From contig CAZGCT010000003.1 of assembly GCA_964524325.1 (NCBI GenBank), forward strand, positions 196,410 to 260,409: 64,000 bases of DNA, written 5' to 3'. The stretch comes from an uncultured Hyphomicrobiales bacterium. Its GTDB lineage: Bacteria > Bacteroidota > Ignavibacteria > Kapaibacteriales > UBA2268. The translations under genes and the position numbers were made by a program. The notes under the pieces were generated by a model. The model worked only from the letters and a program-made list of their open reading frames with translations. It had not been told where the DNA came from and made no database searches. Below are positions 40,997-49,778 of the stretch, piece by piece (position 1 is the stretch's first letter; the number at the start of each line of letters is the position of its first letter).

Positions 40997-42011
40997 AGTA
41001 TTTGGTAAGAAAGCAACGAGATTGGGTTTTGCAGAAGCACTTGTTGAACTTGGTGAAAGAAATCCGAACGTTGTCGTTCTTGGTGCGGATGTCTCCGGTT
41101 CGGTTTTAACATCTTTTTTTAAGGAGAGGTTCCCCGATAGATTTTTTTCAATTGGAATAGCTGAACAAAATGCTACAACAATCGCTGTTGGCTTAGCACT
41201 TTCAGGTAAAATTCCATTTTTTGCTAGCTATAGTGTATTTTCCGCCTTTCGGAATGCAGACCAACTTAGAATTTCAGTATGCTATAACAACGCAAATGTT
41301 AAGATTGGGGGTGGGCACTCGGGAATAACCGTTGGACCAGATGGTGCAACGCATCAATCACTCGAGGAAATATCATTTCTTCGCACATTACCTAATATGA
41401 CTTTAGTTGTACCATGCGATTATGTCGAAACCAAGAAAGCTACCTTGAAAATCGCTGATTTTTATGGTCCAGCTTTTATAAGATTTGGTAGAGCACCTAC
41501 TAATTGGTTCACATCAGAAGAAACACCTTTTGAAATTGGAAAAGCAGAAATTCTCCGCGAAGGGAAAGATGTTGCATTAATTGCCTGCGGTATTATGGTT
41601 TGGGAGTCTTTGGTAGCTGCAGAAGAACTAAGAAAACGAAAAGGAATTTCTTCTATGGTAATTAATAACCACACTATTAAACCAATAGATGTAAAAACAA
41701 TTGTAGAAGCTGCTAAAACTTGTGGTGCTATTGTTACAGCCGAAGAACATCAAGTTCACGGTGGATTGGGAGGTGCTGTTGCAGAAGTTCTATCGAAAAA
41801 CTTTCCAGTTCCAATAGAGTTTGTCGGCATGCCCGATTCTTTTGGTATAAGTGGTGAACCCGAAGAGCTTCTTGTTAGATTTGGAATGACTTGGAAAGAA
41901 ATTTATTCCTCCGCTTTAAAGGCAATTGAAAGGAAAGACAAAAACATAAATACAAATCATGTTTATCGAAATGTAAAGGAAATTGTGGCCATTCCAAAAG
42001 AAATTCAATAA
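40983..42011 (+). CDS. transketolase, C-terminal subunit (pyrimidine-binding and C-terminal domains)
   Basis: ..GIAEQNATTIAVGLALSGKIPF.. and ..GPDGATHQSLEE.. match the transketolase pyrimidine-binding domain. I trimmed the start to the ATG. Confidence 0.8.
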   Translation: MELFKVFGKKATRLGFAEALVELGERNPNVVVLGADVSGSVLTSFFKERFPDRFFSIGIAEQNATTIAVGLALSGKIPFFASYSVFSAFRNADQLRISVCYNNANVKIGGGHSGITVGPDGATHQSLEEISFLRTLPNMTLVVPCDYVETKKATLKIADFYGPAFIRFGRAPTNWFTSEETPFEIGKAEILREGKDVALIACGIMVWESLVAAEELRKRKGISSMVINNHTIKPIDVKTIVEAAKTCGAIVTAEEHQVHGGLGGAVAEVLSKNFPVPIEFVGMPDSFGISGEPEELLVRFGMTWKEIYSSALKAIERKDKNINTNHVYRNVKEIVAIPKEIQ

Positions 42012-42084
42012 TTTGGATAATTATTTTATTTTCTTTAATTTACATGTACTTATTTTTTTGTCCCTATTTTTAATAGGAGAAATA

Positions 42085-43545
42085 ATGTTCGCTCAAGATG
42101 CTCCATCCGAAAAACATATTTCCTATCGCCCTTCAACAGTTGCTGGAACTTTTTATTCAGCAAATCCCGACGCTCTCCGTAAAGAATTAGAGGCATATTT
42201 GGACTTGGAAAACCCACTTAATATTCCAACCCAAGAAAAAATTTTGGGAATAGTATCACCACATGCTGGTTATATTTATAGTGGTTTTGTTGCTGGAAAG
42301 GTTTACAGAGAATTAAAAAATAGAGAAATTAACACAGCAATTATTATTGCTCCATCTCACCGCCAATACTTTTCCTATTCCTCTGTTTTTTCCGGTGATG
42401 CATATGTTACTTCTCTTGGTCCAGCAAAAGTGGACAAAGAATTAGCATTTAAACTTACCCAGCAAAATAATTATGTACGACTTTCTATGGATGGTCACGA
42501 TTGGAAATCTGGTGCTCCAGAACATTCTCTCGAAGTCCAAATTCCATTTTTACAGTACCTGTTCCCTGAAATCAAAATAGTACCTATTGTAATGGGTAGC
42601 CAAGATCCTCAAATAATTCACTCTTTAACAATGGCAATTTATAGTACCTTAAAAGAAATCCAAAGAAATGATATCATATTAATTGCAAGTACTGATCTCT
42701 CCCATTACCATAATTATAAAACTGCCTACGAAATTGACTCGAATTTTATTAATTCATTCAAGAGATTTGACTATTTTAAACTAATTGCTTCGTTAAACAG
42801 TAAGAAAATCGAAGCTTGTGGATTAGGACCTGTTGCGGTTGTTATGTGTGCATCCGAAGCATTGGGTGCAAACAAACCAGTAAGCATATATTATGGAACT
42901 AGTGGAGACTCCCCTTTTGTTTCATCATCGAAAGACAAAGTTGTCGGGTACTTTTCTGGTGCTTTGACATATTCCAGCGACTTTTCTGAATCGTGCTTAC
43001 CCGATTTTACTGAACAAGAAAAAAATAAACTTTTGGAATTCGTAAAGAAAGCTATACACTCAAAAGTTTTAGGGTTAAAGTTCGAAATTTCGGAAGAATT
43101 CAAAAAAAGCAAAAATTTTATGCAAGATTACACTGCATTTGTCACTATTGAAAAAGAGGGACGATTAAGAGCATGTATGGGACATTTGTTTCCCACTAAA
43201 CCTTTTATTTTTGAACTTCTTGAAGTTTCAGAAATTAGTTCTACAAGCGATTGGAGATTCGGCCCAATTCGTAAAGAAGAACTTCCAAATCTTCAATTTG
43301 AGATTACTATTCTTTCTCGTTTTAAAAAAGTTTTTTCATTTAATAAAATACAAATTGGAAAACATGGACTATACCTAAGATTAAAAAACAATTCTGGGTT
43401 GCTTCTCCCACAAGTTGCTGTGGAGAGAAATTGGGACGTAAATACTTTTCTTCAAAATCTTTGTCTGAAAGCTGGAGTTTCTAAAACAGCATACTTAGAA
43501 CCCGAAAGTGAATTATATTTATTCGAAGCATTAATTATCCATTAG
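42085..43545 (+). CDS. fusion of a MEMO1-like domain (AmmeMemoRadiSam system protein B) and an AMMECR1 domain
   Basis: The N-terminal half has VSPHAGYIYSG (Memo-like). The C-terminal half has AFVTIEKEGRLRACMGH (AMMECR1 core). The start is set at the ATG with an upstream taggag Shine-Dalgarno site. Confidence 0.65.
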   Translation: MFAQDAPSEKHISYRPSTVAGTFYSANPDALRKELEAYLDLENPLNIPTQEKILGIVSPHAGYIYSGFVAGKVYRELKNREINTAIIIAPSHRQYFSYSSVFSGDAYVTSLGPAKVDKELAFKLTQQNNYVRLSMDGHDWKSGAPEHSLEVQIPFLQYLFPEIKIVPIVMGSQDPQIIHSLTMAIYSTLKEIQRNDIILIASTDLSHYHNYKTAYEIDSNFINSFKRFDYFKLIASLNSKKIEACGLGPVAVVMCASEALGANKPVSIYYGTSGDSPFVSSSKDKVVGYFSGALTYSSDFSESCLPDFTEQEKNKLLEFVKKAIHSKVLGLKFEISEEFKKSKNFMQDYTAFVTIEKEGRLRACMGHLFPTKPFIFELLEVSEISSTSDWRFGPIRKEELPNLQFEITILSRFKKVFSFNKIQIGKHGLYLRLKNNSGLLLPQVAVERNWDVNTFLQNLCLKAGVSKTAYLEPESELYLFEALIIH

Positions 43546-43547
43546 TA

Positions 43548-44525
43548 ATGCTTAAATTTCTTGCGAATTACTTACTTTTTGGAATCGTTGGAATTAAAAA
43601 TTACCTTTACGATAAGGACATATTAAAAAAAGTTAAGTCTATTTTTCCAACAATAAGTGTGGGAAATATTTCTTTCGGCGGAACTGGCAAAACTCCTTTT
43701 GTAATTTATTTAGCAAAAAAACTTATTAATCTGAATTTTACCCCTTTAATTCTTTCAAGAGGCTATAAAAGAAAAACAAAAGAGCTACTAATTATTTCAA
43801 AGGAAGTCCCAGGTGCTGACGTAAAAAATTTAGGAGATGAAAGTTATTTACTTTGGACAAAAGTTAAAGCACCAATCGTATTATCGAAGGAAAAGTATAA
43901 AGCTATCGAAATAATTGAAAAAAATTTTGATATTGACGTAATCATCGTCGATGACGGTTTCCAACATCGCAAACTTTCTCGAGATTTAGACATTGTTTTA
44001 TTGGACAATAAAACATGTAAAAGTTTTTTAAGGGAACCTTTAAAAAATATTAAACGGGCAAACATAATACTTTTGGAGGAAGGAACCAATCAAAATTGCT
44101 TACTTAATGGCGATATCGATATCTTTTATTATAAGAAGAGAATCGATGGCTTTTATAATCTTGATTCGGAAATAGTTTCACATGAGAAGTTCGCTGGAAA
44201 AAGGATAGCCCTACTTAGTGGTATAGGAAATAACGAGGGCTTCCGAATTGCTTTGGAATCTTTCTCCACTAACATTTGTAAACATTTTATCTTTCCTGAT
44301 CATCATTATTATTCATTGAACGATGTTAACAAAATTATTTACCAGTCTCGACAATTGCAAGTTTCAACAATAATCACAACGGAAAAGGATTTTGTAAAAT
44401 TAATTGAATTTCGAAATGTTTTCTTGGAAAGAGAAATAGAATTAATAACAAGTGTTTTAGAATTCGATATCAAGAACGAGGACAATCTTCTTCAAAAAAT
44501 TCTTAGCGTTATCAAGAAAGGATAA
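43548..44525 (+). CDS. lpxK: tetraacyldisaccharide 4'-kinase
   Basis: P-loop ISVGNISFGGTGKTP at the N-terminus. 325 aa. Confidence 0.8.
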   Translation: MLKFLANYLLFGIVGIKNYLYDKDILKKVKSIFPTISVGNISFGGTGKTPFVIYLAKKLINLNFTPLILSRGYKRKTKELLIISKEVPGADVKNLGDESYLLWTKVKAPIVLSKEKYKAIEIIEKNFDIDVIIVDDGFQHRKLSRDLDIVLLDNKTCKSFLREPLKNIKRANIILLEEGTNQNCLLNGDIDIFYYKKRIDGFYNLDSEIVSHEKFAGKRIALLSGIGNNEGFRIALESFSTNICKHFIFPDHHYYSLNDVNKIIYQSRQLQVSTIITTEKDFVKLIEFRNVFLEREIELITSVLEFDIKNEDNLLQKILSVIKKG

Positions 44526-45162
44526 AGTAGTCGTTATTGCTATCGGTGTAAATTTGTAGGACCCCTACTCGAACTAACTTGATCAAAACTATAGATGCTC
44601 TTCTTTCTGAAATATTCACCAATTTTGCAAATTCACGAACCGTTATTTTTTCGTGCTTTTCTAAATAACTAAATAAGCGTTTTTCATTATCACCAATGTA
44701 AATCTTTAATGGTTTTGAGTTAGCATTTAAGCTTGAAAGCAATCTTTTCATCTCTTTGCTTGCCAGCACCGATTTTTCACCCAGACGAATATATGCAAAT
44801 CTTCTCGTATTTCCTTTTTCATCCAATGATTCTATGGTATGTGGTTTATTACGACTTTCTCCGATTTCAACAACAATTACTTCTTTTCTATTGTAATTTA
44901 TTACCTCTATACCTTTGGGAGTAACTGGTGGATAAATACAAAATTGACACGCAATTTCAATTATATCTATTTCCGACTTTTCGGATTCAACACCAACTAC
45001 TTTTCTATCATCATCGACTCCTATTATTAAGAATCCTCCTTTCGAATTTGCAAAAGCACAGATTTCTTTTGCTACCTTTTCTGGGGAAGAAGCTTTTCTT
45101 TTAAATTCAACAATAGAAGACTCCCCCTCGGCAATAAGTAACTTAAGCTTTTCAACGTCCAT
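44512..45162 (-). CDS. AlbA_2 (Schlafen-like, 'divergent AAA') putative DNA-binding protein with a C-terminal winged HTH
   Basis: N-terminal ..ESSIVEFKRKASSPEKVAKEICAFANSKGGFLIIGVDD.. matches the AlbA_2 pattern. The C-terminus is HTH-like (..ITVREFAKLVNISERRASIVL..). Confidence 0.55.
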   Translation of the reverse strand: MDVEKLKLLIAEGESSIVEFKRKASSPEKVAKEICAFANSKGGFLIIGVDDDRKVVGVESEKSEIDIIEIACQFCIYPPVTPKGIEVINYNRKEVIVVEIGESRNKPHTIESLDEKGNTRRFAYIRLGEKSVLASKEMKRLLSSLNANSKPLKIYIGDNEKRLFSYLEKHEKITVREFAKLVNISERRASIVLIKLVRVGVLQIYTDSNNDYFILS

Positions 45163-45276
45163 AAAAATAAAAATAATAAATTAGATTGGATTTTTTAGTT
45201 GATTTTTTGTGAAAAAATTGTGGATAATTTGTTGATAAAATGTTGATAAATTTTGTTTCCTGAATATATAGCAATA

Positions 45277-47514
45277 TTATAGTTTCTTCATCTTTGCGTA
45301 TTTCAGCATAAGTCTTTTTCGACCAACTGACTCAAAATTAACTAAAGCTTGAGCATATAATCCACTACCCTCAAGATGTTCAACTTTTCCTATTCCAAAA
45401 AAAGGATGAACAACTTTATCACCTATTCGAAGTTTCCCATCATCTGTTTGGTCAAAGTCATTAAATGAATCTTCAAAATCATTGAACTCTTTTTGCCTTG
45501 TGGTTGAAAATCCTTTTTTTCGAGGAGAAATTTCATTTATGACTAAATAATTTTTGTCTATTTCTTGGAGAAACTTGGAAGGCATCTGGTAAGATTCGTC
45601 GCCAAATCTATTGCGAATCATAGCATAAGATAAATAGGCTTTTTCCATAGCTCTTGTTAAACCAACATAAAAAAGTCGACGCTCCTCTTCTTCATCATCT
45701 GAGACTAGTCCCCTGTTACTTCTAATTAAAGGAAACAAACCTTGTTCCAAACCCACAATAAAGACAACAGGGAATTCAAGCCCCTTAGCTGAATGCAATG
45801 TCATCAATTTGACTTGCTCACTTGCAATATTTTTTTCATCAATATCTGATAGTAGGTTAATCTGTTGAAGATAATCTTCTAAATTAACATTTTCGTTATT
45901 AGAAAGATATTCGTAAATATCTCTGAGCAAGGTATTGATATTTTCCAATCTGTCGTATGCGTCGTCTGTGGCAATTTCCTGATACATAGATACCAAACCA
46001 CTTTCTTTAATGTACTGATTTATAAGTTCAGCCAAGCCTTCTCTTATTCCCAATTTTTCTTTGGTGTTCAATAACCATAGCCGAAATTCGCTCAAAATAT
46101 TTTTAGCCCGATTTTGAAGATTGGCGATTTCGTCCAAATGCTCAATGGCTTCGATTAATGAAATTTTTTTCTCCCGAGCATAGTTTAAAAGATGAGTCAA
46201 CGTAATTTTGCCAATACCTCTTGGTGGCTCATTGATTATTCTTATCAGGGCTTCGTTGTCCTTTGGATTGACCAACAATTTTAAATAAGCCAAAACATCT
46301 TTGACTTCTTTTCTTTTGTAAAAAGAAAGGCCACCGATGATAATATAATTAATGTTTTCGCTTCGTAAAGCATTTTCGAATTCAAGTGATTGTGAATTTG
46401 TTCTGTAGAATATTGCAATGTCCCCGTAAGTGTATTTACCTGAATTGACAAGCTCCTTTATCTTCTTTACTACAATACTTGCTTCTGACTTTCCGGTTTC
46501 GCATTGAAACAACTCTATTAAATCACCATCACTATTTTCGGTCCATAGTTTTTTTTCTATTTGCTTTTTATTATGCCTGATAACACTTTCTGCGGCTGAA
46601 AGTATGCACTTTGTTGAGCGATAGTTTTGTTCCAAACGAATAATTTTGGCATCCGGAAAGTCTTTCTGAAAATCTAAAATGTTGCTTATGTCGGCACCTC
46701 GCCATTTATAGATACTTTGAGCATCATCACCAACTACAGTAATATTTCGATGCTTTGATGATAGCTGCTTCAATATTAAATACTGAACTTTATTTGTATC
46801 TTGGTACTCATCAACAAGGATAAATGTAAATTTATCTTGATATTTATTAAGTATTTCTTTATAATTCTTGAATAATTCATAGGTATTCAATAAAAGATCG
46901 TCGAAATCCATTGCATTATTTTGGTGCAAGTAATCTTGGTATTCTTTGTAGATTTCCGCAATTTTCCGGTCAAATGGGGTCGATGCTAAATTAAAAAAAT
47001 CATCTGGAAAAAGTACTTTATTTTTTGATATTGAGATTATTTGGTGGACCGAGTCCGGTGTAATACGGGAATTAGATAAAGAAAAATTCTCCAATATTCT
47101 TTTCAAGACATTAATTGAATCTTCTGTATCGTAAATAGAAAAATTGGGGGAATAACCAATGGCAAGTGATTCAAGTCTCAAAATCTTTGCAAAAAGGGAA
47201 TGAAAAGTTCCAGCCCAGATTCGCTTAGAGGCCTCGGGATTTACCAACAACGAAATCCGGTCTTTCATTACTTGGGCAGCTTTGTTTGTAAAAGTCAATG
47301 CAAGGATATTTTGCGGTGGAACTCCACTATCGATTAAGTATGCAATTTTATGGGTAAGCACTCGAGTTTTTCCACTTCCAGCACCAGCTACGATTAAAAC
47401 TGGACCAAATATTTCGATCACTGCTTTCTTCTGTACGGGATTTAAAGCATTTAAAATAGGATGCGTGTCTACTTGGTCAAGTTGTTCAAATTCTTCTTTT
47501 TCCATCAACAGCAA
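45277..47514 (-). CDS. uvrD: ATP-dependent DNA helicase UvrD/PcrA
   Basis: Walker A AGAGSGKTRVLT, helicase motifs II-VI, and the C-terminal GDKVVHPFFGIGKV UvrD tail domain. 745 aa, which is housekeeping size. Confidence 0.85.
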   Translation of the reverse strand: MLLMEKEEFEQLDQVDTHPILNALNPVQKKAVIEIFGPVLIVAGAGSGKTRVLTHKIAYLIDSGVPPQNILALTFTNKAAQVMKDRISLLVNPEASKRIWAGTFHSLFAKILRLESLAIGYSPNFSIYDTEDSINVLKRILENFSLSNSRITPDSVHQIISISKNKVLFPDDFFNLASTPFDRKIAEIYKEYQDYLHQNNAMDFDDLLLNTYELFKNYKEILNKYQDKFTFILVDEYQDTNKVQYLILKQLSSKHRNITVVGDDAQSIYKWRGADISNILDFQKDFPDAKIIRLEQNYRSTKCILSAAESVIRHNKKQIEKKLWTENSDGDLIELFQCETGKSEASIVVKKIKELVNSGKYTYGDIAIFYRTNSQSLEFENALRSENINYIIIGGLSFYKRKEVKDVLAYLKLLVNPKDNEALIRIINEPPRGIGKITLTHLLNYAREKKISLIEAIEHLDEIANLQNRAKNILSEFRLWLLNTKEKLGIREGLAELINQYIKESGLVSMYQEIATDDAYDRLENINTLLRDIYEYLSNNENVNLEDYLQQINLLSDIDEKNIASEQVKLMTLHSAKGLEFPVVFIVGLEQGLFPLIRSNRGLVSDDEEEERRLFYVGLTRAMEKAYLSYAMIRNRFGDESYQMPSKFLQEIDKNYLVINEISPRKKGFSTTRQKEFNDFEDSFNDFDQTDDGKLRIGDKVVHPFFGIGKVEHLEGSGLYAQALVNFESVGRKRLMLKYAKMKKL

Positions 47515-47585
47515 AATTTTAAATACAAAGATAAAAAAAGGGAAGGTTATTAATTTAAACCTTCCCAGTAAAATGAAACTTTAAT

Positions 47586-47888
47586 TTATTTTTTTTCGGG
47601 ATTAACATTATTTGAAACAAATTCTCCATTTTTGGCGGAGGACCCGTTTTTTGGAGTAGTTGAATCAATTGATGTATTACGATGGGCATAGTCAGTAATA
47701 TAAAAACCATTTCCTTTAAAAACTAAACCGACGCCTCTGCTAATGAGCCTATGAACCTTCCCCTTTCCCTTTTGTTTTTCTGATTCGCAAATTTCAATAG
47801 GGCAAAATTGAAGGGGTTCGTCAGTTATTCTTTGTTGATATTCAAAAACCTTACCGCATTGCTCACACTTATATTCATAGATCGGCAT
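47586..47888 (-). CDS. FmdB-family zinc-ribbon protein
   Basis: MPIYEYKCEQCGKVFE..CP..C matches the FmdB zinc-ribbon N-terminus. 100 aa. Confidence 0.65.
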   Translation of the reverse strand: MPIYEYKCEQCGKVFEYQQRITDEPLQFCPIEICESEKQKGKGKVHRLISRGVGLVFKGNGFYITDYAHRNTSIDSTTPKNGSSAKNGEFVSNNVNPEKK

Positions 47889-48129
47889 AGTTCACCTCAC
47901 CTTTTGTTGTACAAATGAAAATAACATTATAAAAAAATGGGGATAAATATGAAAGGAATTTATAGTAAGTTTGAAAATAATTTTTTCTATTTGATTCAAC
48001 AAATCACTACAGCCAGTCATTATTTCATTAAAAAAATTTAACTTGCCTTCTTCTTGGGCAAATCAAATTTCATTTAACGTAAACTTTTCGGTTTTATTTC
48101 AAAAAACTTAATTTTGCTTTTTTAAATTT

Positions 48130-48573
48130 ATGAAAACAGTAATTCAAAGAGTAAAAAGAGCAAGTGTTAAATTATTGGGAACAGGGGAAGTTCGTGCAAT
48201 TGGTCGTGGTTTGGTGGTTTTCATTGCTTTCAAATCTGATGATTCTTCTGAGGAAATTAAATGGATTACTAATAAAATATTGAATTTAAGGATCTTCCCC
48301 GATTCTCAAGGGAAAATGAACCTGTCAATCAAAGATATTCTGGGTGATGTTTTGTTAATCTCAAATTTTACTTTATATGGTGATGTTTCAAAAGGCTTCA
48401 GGCCAAATTTTATGGTCTCCGCGGAGCCAAATATTGCAAATAAAATCTATATTGATTTTATTGATTACTTTAAAACAACAACAAATTTAAAAATCATTAC
48501 TGGAGAATTTCGTGAAATGATGGAAATCGAATTAGTTAATGATGGCCCAGTAACAATAATAATAGAAAAATGA
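48130..48573 (+). CDS. dtd: D-aminoacyl-tRNA deacylase
   Basis: MKTVIQRVKRASV..GRGLVVFIAF..LRIFPD..GKMNLS..SNFTLYGD..KGFRPNF matches Dtd along its full 147-aa length. Confidence 0.8.
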   Translation: MKTVIQRVKRASVKLLGTGEVRAIGRGLVVFIAFKSDDSSEEIKWITNKILNLRIFPDSQGKMNLSIKDILGDVLLISNFTLYGDVSKGFRPNFMVSAEPNIANKIYIDFIDYFKTTTNLKIITGEFREMMEIELVNDGPVTIIIEK

Positions 48574-48576
48574 AAG

Positions 48577-49728
48577 TTAATTTTTTTTTCTCGGTCTTAA
48601 CGACAATTTATATTTAGCTTTTTTTGTTTCATCGTTATCTTTAACGGTTGAAAGGGGTGTTAAAGGCCCGGTCTCAATTTTCTTTCCCCCCGCTTCAAAT
48701 TTATTTTCTTCTAATTGACCCTGGGAATCCTTTGGTTTTACATTGGGTGCAAATATTTTATAATTTGAAATTGCTTGATTCAATCTATTTACAATTTTTT
48801 GAATTAATTCTATTGGTTCTAAGACAATAATTGCATCGCTCCAACTTAAAATCCAGTTGATCAAATCAACTCCAATGGGTACTCGCATTTCGATAATTAA
48901 ATTACCATCTTTTTCGTATTTTTCGACTTGCGAAACATGCCAACGCCTATTAATAAAAAAGTGAATGAATTCTTTTTTTACTAACAATTTAACATTGTTT
49001 ATTTCACCAGAAAATACACCAAAGCGGTAAGAAGACCATTCACGAAAATTAAAAGGCGGGGCAGCATCGAAAAAATTTTTCTTTTCCTCAATTTGGCTAA
49101 TATTGTGTATGGAAAGGCTCACATGGATTTTATGCTTTGGTATGTAGGCAACTACGTAAAGCACCCCAAGATATGAAAAAATTGTTTCAAAACGAACAAT
49201 AATTTCTTTTGATGTTAAAGTTTTGGGTGCTGTATAGGAAATAACATACCATTTTTTTGAAGCGGTTGCGTGAATTACCTTTTCCAAAATTTCATTTATT
49301 TTTGAATAGTCATAATATCCAACATTCTGGTCCCAGTATAATGTTTCGTCGAGAACTACTTCTTGCGGGGCGTATTTTTCAATTTTTTTTGAAAGTTTCT
49401 CGACATCTTTTTCGATAACGGTTCCACGAAAAGTTTTTAAATGAGCTTTAAGAAAATGAAAAGCAAGTAATTCATTAGACTCAAATCTGAAAATTTGCTT
49501 TGGAAATTTATAGTCTCTTGGAATACTCCAATAAATTTCTTTTCCTTTAGGAATGCCGACAAGTGAAGGTTCAATTTTTTGCAAAAGCCTGAGGTCCCGC
49601 TGAATTGTCCTTATACTTACTATCTCTATTTCCTCTGAAATCATATCTTGAAGTTGCCCAGATGTCAAAGTTTCTCCATCAAGGAATTTCTTATACATAT
49701 AAATCATTCTGTGGGGTTGCCCAGGCAT
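48577..49728 (-). CDS. WYL-domain transcriptional regulator (HTH-WYL-WCX architecture, YafY/PafBC-like)
   Basis: N-terminal DeoR-like HTH with IRTIQRDL, a central WYL-like segment (KKWYVISY..) and a C-terminal WCX-like segment (..DLINWILSWSDAIIVLEPIEL..). Convergent with dtd. Confidence 0.55.
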   Translation of the reverse strand: MPGQPHRMIYMYKKFLDGETLTSGQLQDMISEEIEIVSIRTIQRDLRLLQKIEPSLVGIPKGKEIYWSIPRDYKFPKQIFRFESNELLAFHFLKAHLKTFRGTVIEKDVEKLSKKIEKYAPQEVVLDETLYWDQNVGYYDYSKINEILEKVIHATASKKWYVISYTAPKTLTSKEIIVRFETIFSYLGVLYVVAYIPKHKIHVSLSIHNISQIEEKKNFFDAAPPFNFREWSSYRFGVFSGEINNVKLLVKKEFIHFFINRRWHVSQVEKYEKDGNLIIEMRVPIGVDLINWILSWSDAIIVLEPIELIQKIVNRLNQAISNYKIFAPNVKPKDSQGQLEENKFEAGGKKIETGPLTPLSTVKDNDETKKAKYKLSLRPRKKN

Positions 49729-49778
49729 ATTCTTATTCTCAAATAAATTTTAAATCAAAGTTAACAAATTTTGTATTA

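Noticed and set aside
45277-47514. UvrD-family helicase as part of a defence system (Gabija/Hachiman-like)
   Set aside because: At 745 aa it has the full set of motifs and the C-terminal tail domain typical of housekeeping UvrD/PcrA. There is no partner nuclease gene.
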